From contig CAWDML010000008.1 in assembly GCA_963803435.1 (NCBI GenBank), forward strand, positions 32,001 to 96,000: 64,000 nt of DNA, written 5' to 3'. Position 1 is the stretch's first letter. Every line of letters starts with the position of its first letter. This stretch comes from an uncultured delta proteobacterium (lineage in GTDB: Bacteria; Myxococcota; Kuafuiibacteriia; Kuafuiibacteriales; Kuafuiibacteriaceae). The notes under the pieces were generated by a model. The model did no database searches and was not told where the DNA came from. It saw nothing but the letters and a program-made list of their open reading frames with translations. Below, piece by piece: positions 63,622-64,000 of the stretch. Made by a program: the position numbers and the translations under genes.

Positions 63622-64000
63622 ATGCTTCAGCTCCGGCGCGGGTCCGGCGAAGAGCGCTTCGAGCTGCCGGGCTCGATCGAACCCCTGCTCTCGCGCGCCT
63701 TGGACCGCGACCTCTCTCGGCCTGAACCGCTCCCCGCCATCCACGCCGCGTTGAAGCTCGCGGCTGCGTTCGCCGACGGGCTGCAGTCGCCCTCGATCGC
63801 CGCGCGGATTCGCGCGGTCCTTCGCTCCGATGTGCGCGCGATTCGGCTCATCTCCGACCGTCTCCTCAACGACCGCCCGATCAATCGAGCTCGGAGCTTT
63901 GCCGAGCGCGAGGGCCGCCCGATCTCGCTGCAGGCGCCGAAGGAGTCGGATCTCGTGCCCGTCGACAGCGTCCCTCTCCGCGCGTTCCTGGACAACGCCG
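63622..64000 (+). CDS. Hypothetical protein, runs off window end
   Basis: MLQLRRGSGEERFELPGSIEPLL... open to 64000, AGAGAG upstream; divergent from the 63390 gene. Confidence 0.5.
   Translation, partial: MLQLRRGSGEERFELPGSIEPLLSRALDRDLSRPEPLPAIHAALKLAAAFADGLQSPSIAARIRAVLRSDVRAIRLISDRLLNDRPINRARSFAEREGRPISLQAPKESDLVPVDSVPLRAFLDNA

Overview
Very GC-rich bacterial DNA. The gene content (many Ser/Thr kinases, an FHA-sigma54 activator, PEGA, TPR, RCC1, Cys-rich and beta-helix lipoproteins) suggests Myxococcota or related Deltaproteobacteria; this is inference. About 45 genes are readable. At least 8 are broken by single-base frameshifts, probably long-read assembly errors. No rRNA, tRNA, CRISPR array or transposase was seen. 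Highlights: (1) A tightly coupled 13-kb + strand operon (1-13077) encodes a tandem-VWA protein, a DUF1795/DcrB-like protein, an atypical ClpB/ClpV-like AAA+ ATPase, a Kelch protein, two paralogous proteins with catalytically dead Clp-type AAA+ modules, two unknowns and a PflX-like radical SAM enzyme. I do not recognise this as a described system. (2) A hidden selenoprotein candidate at 52902-53310 is a thioredoxin-like lipoprotein with a UxxC motif (in-frame TGA at 53049) followed by an fdhF-like SECIS hairpin; the ORF track misses it. (3) An FHA-sigma54 activator lies divergent from a near-consensus -24/-12 promoter that drives a pseudokinase. (4) There is a cNMP / 4x[4Fe-4S] / His-ligated membrane-domain fusion. 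(5) There is an N-terminally truncated ProRS paralog.
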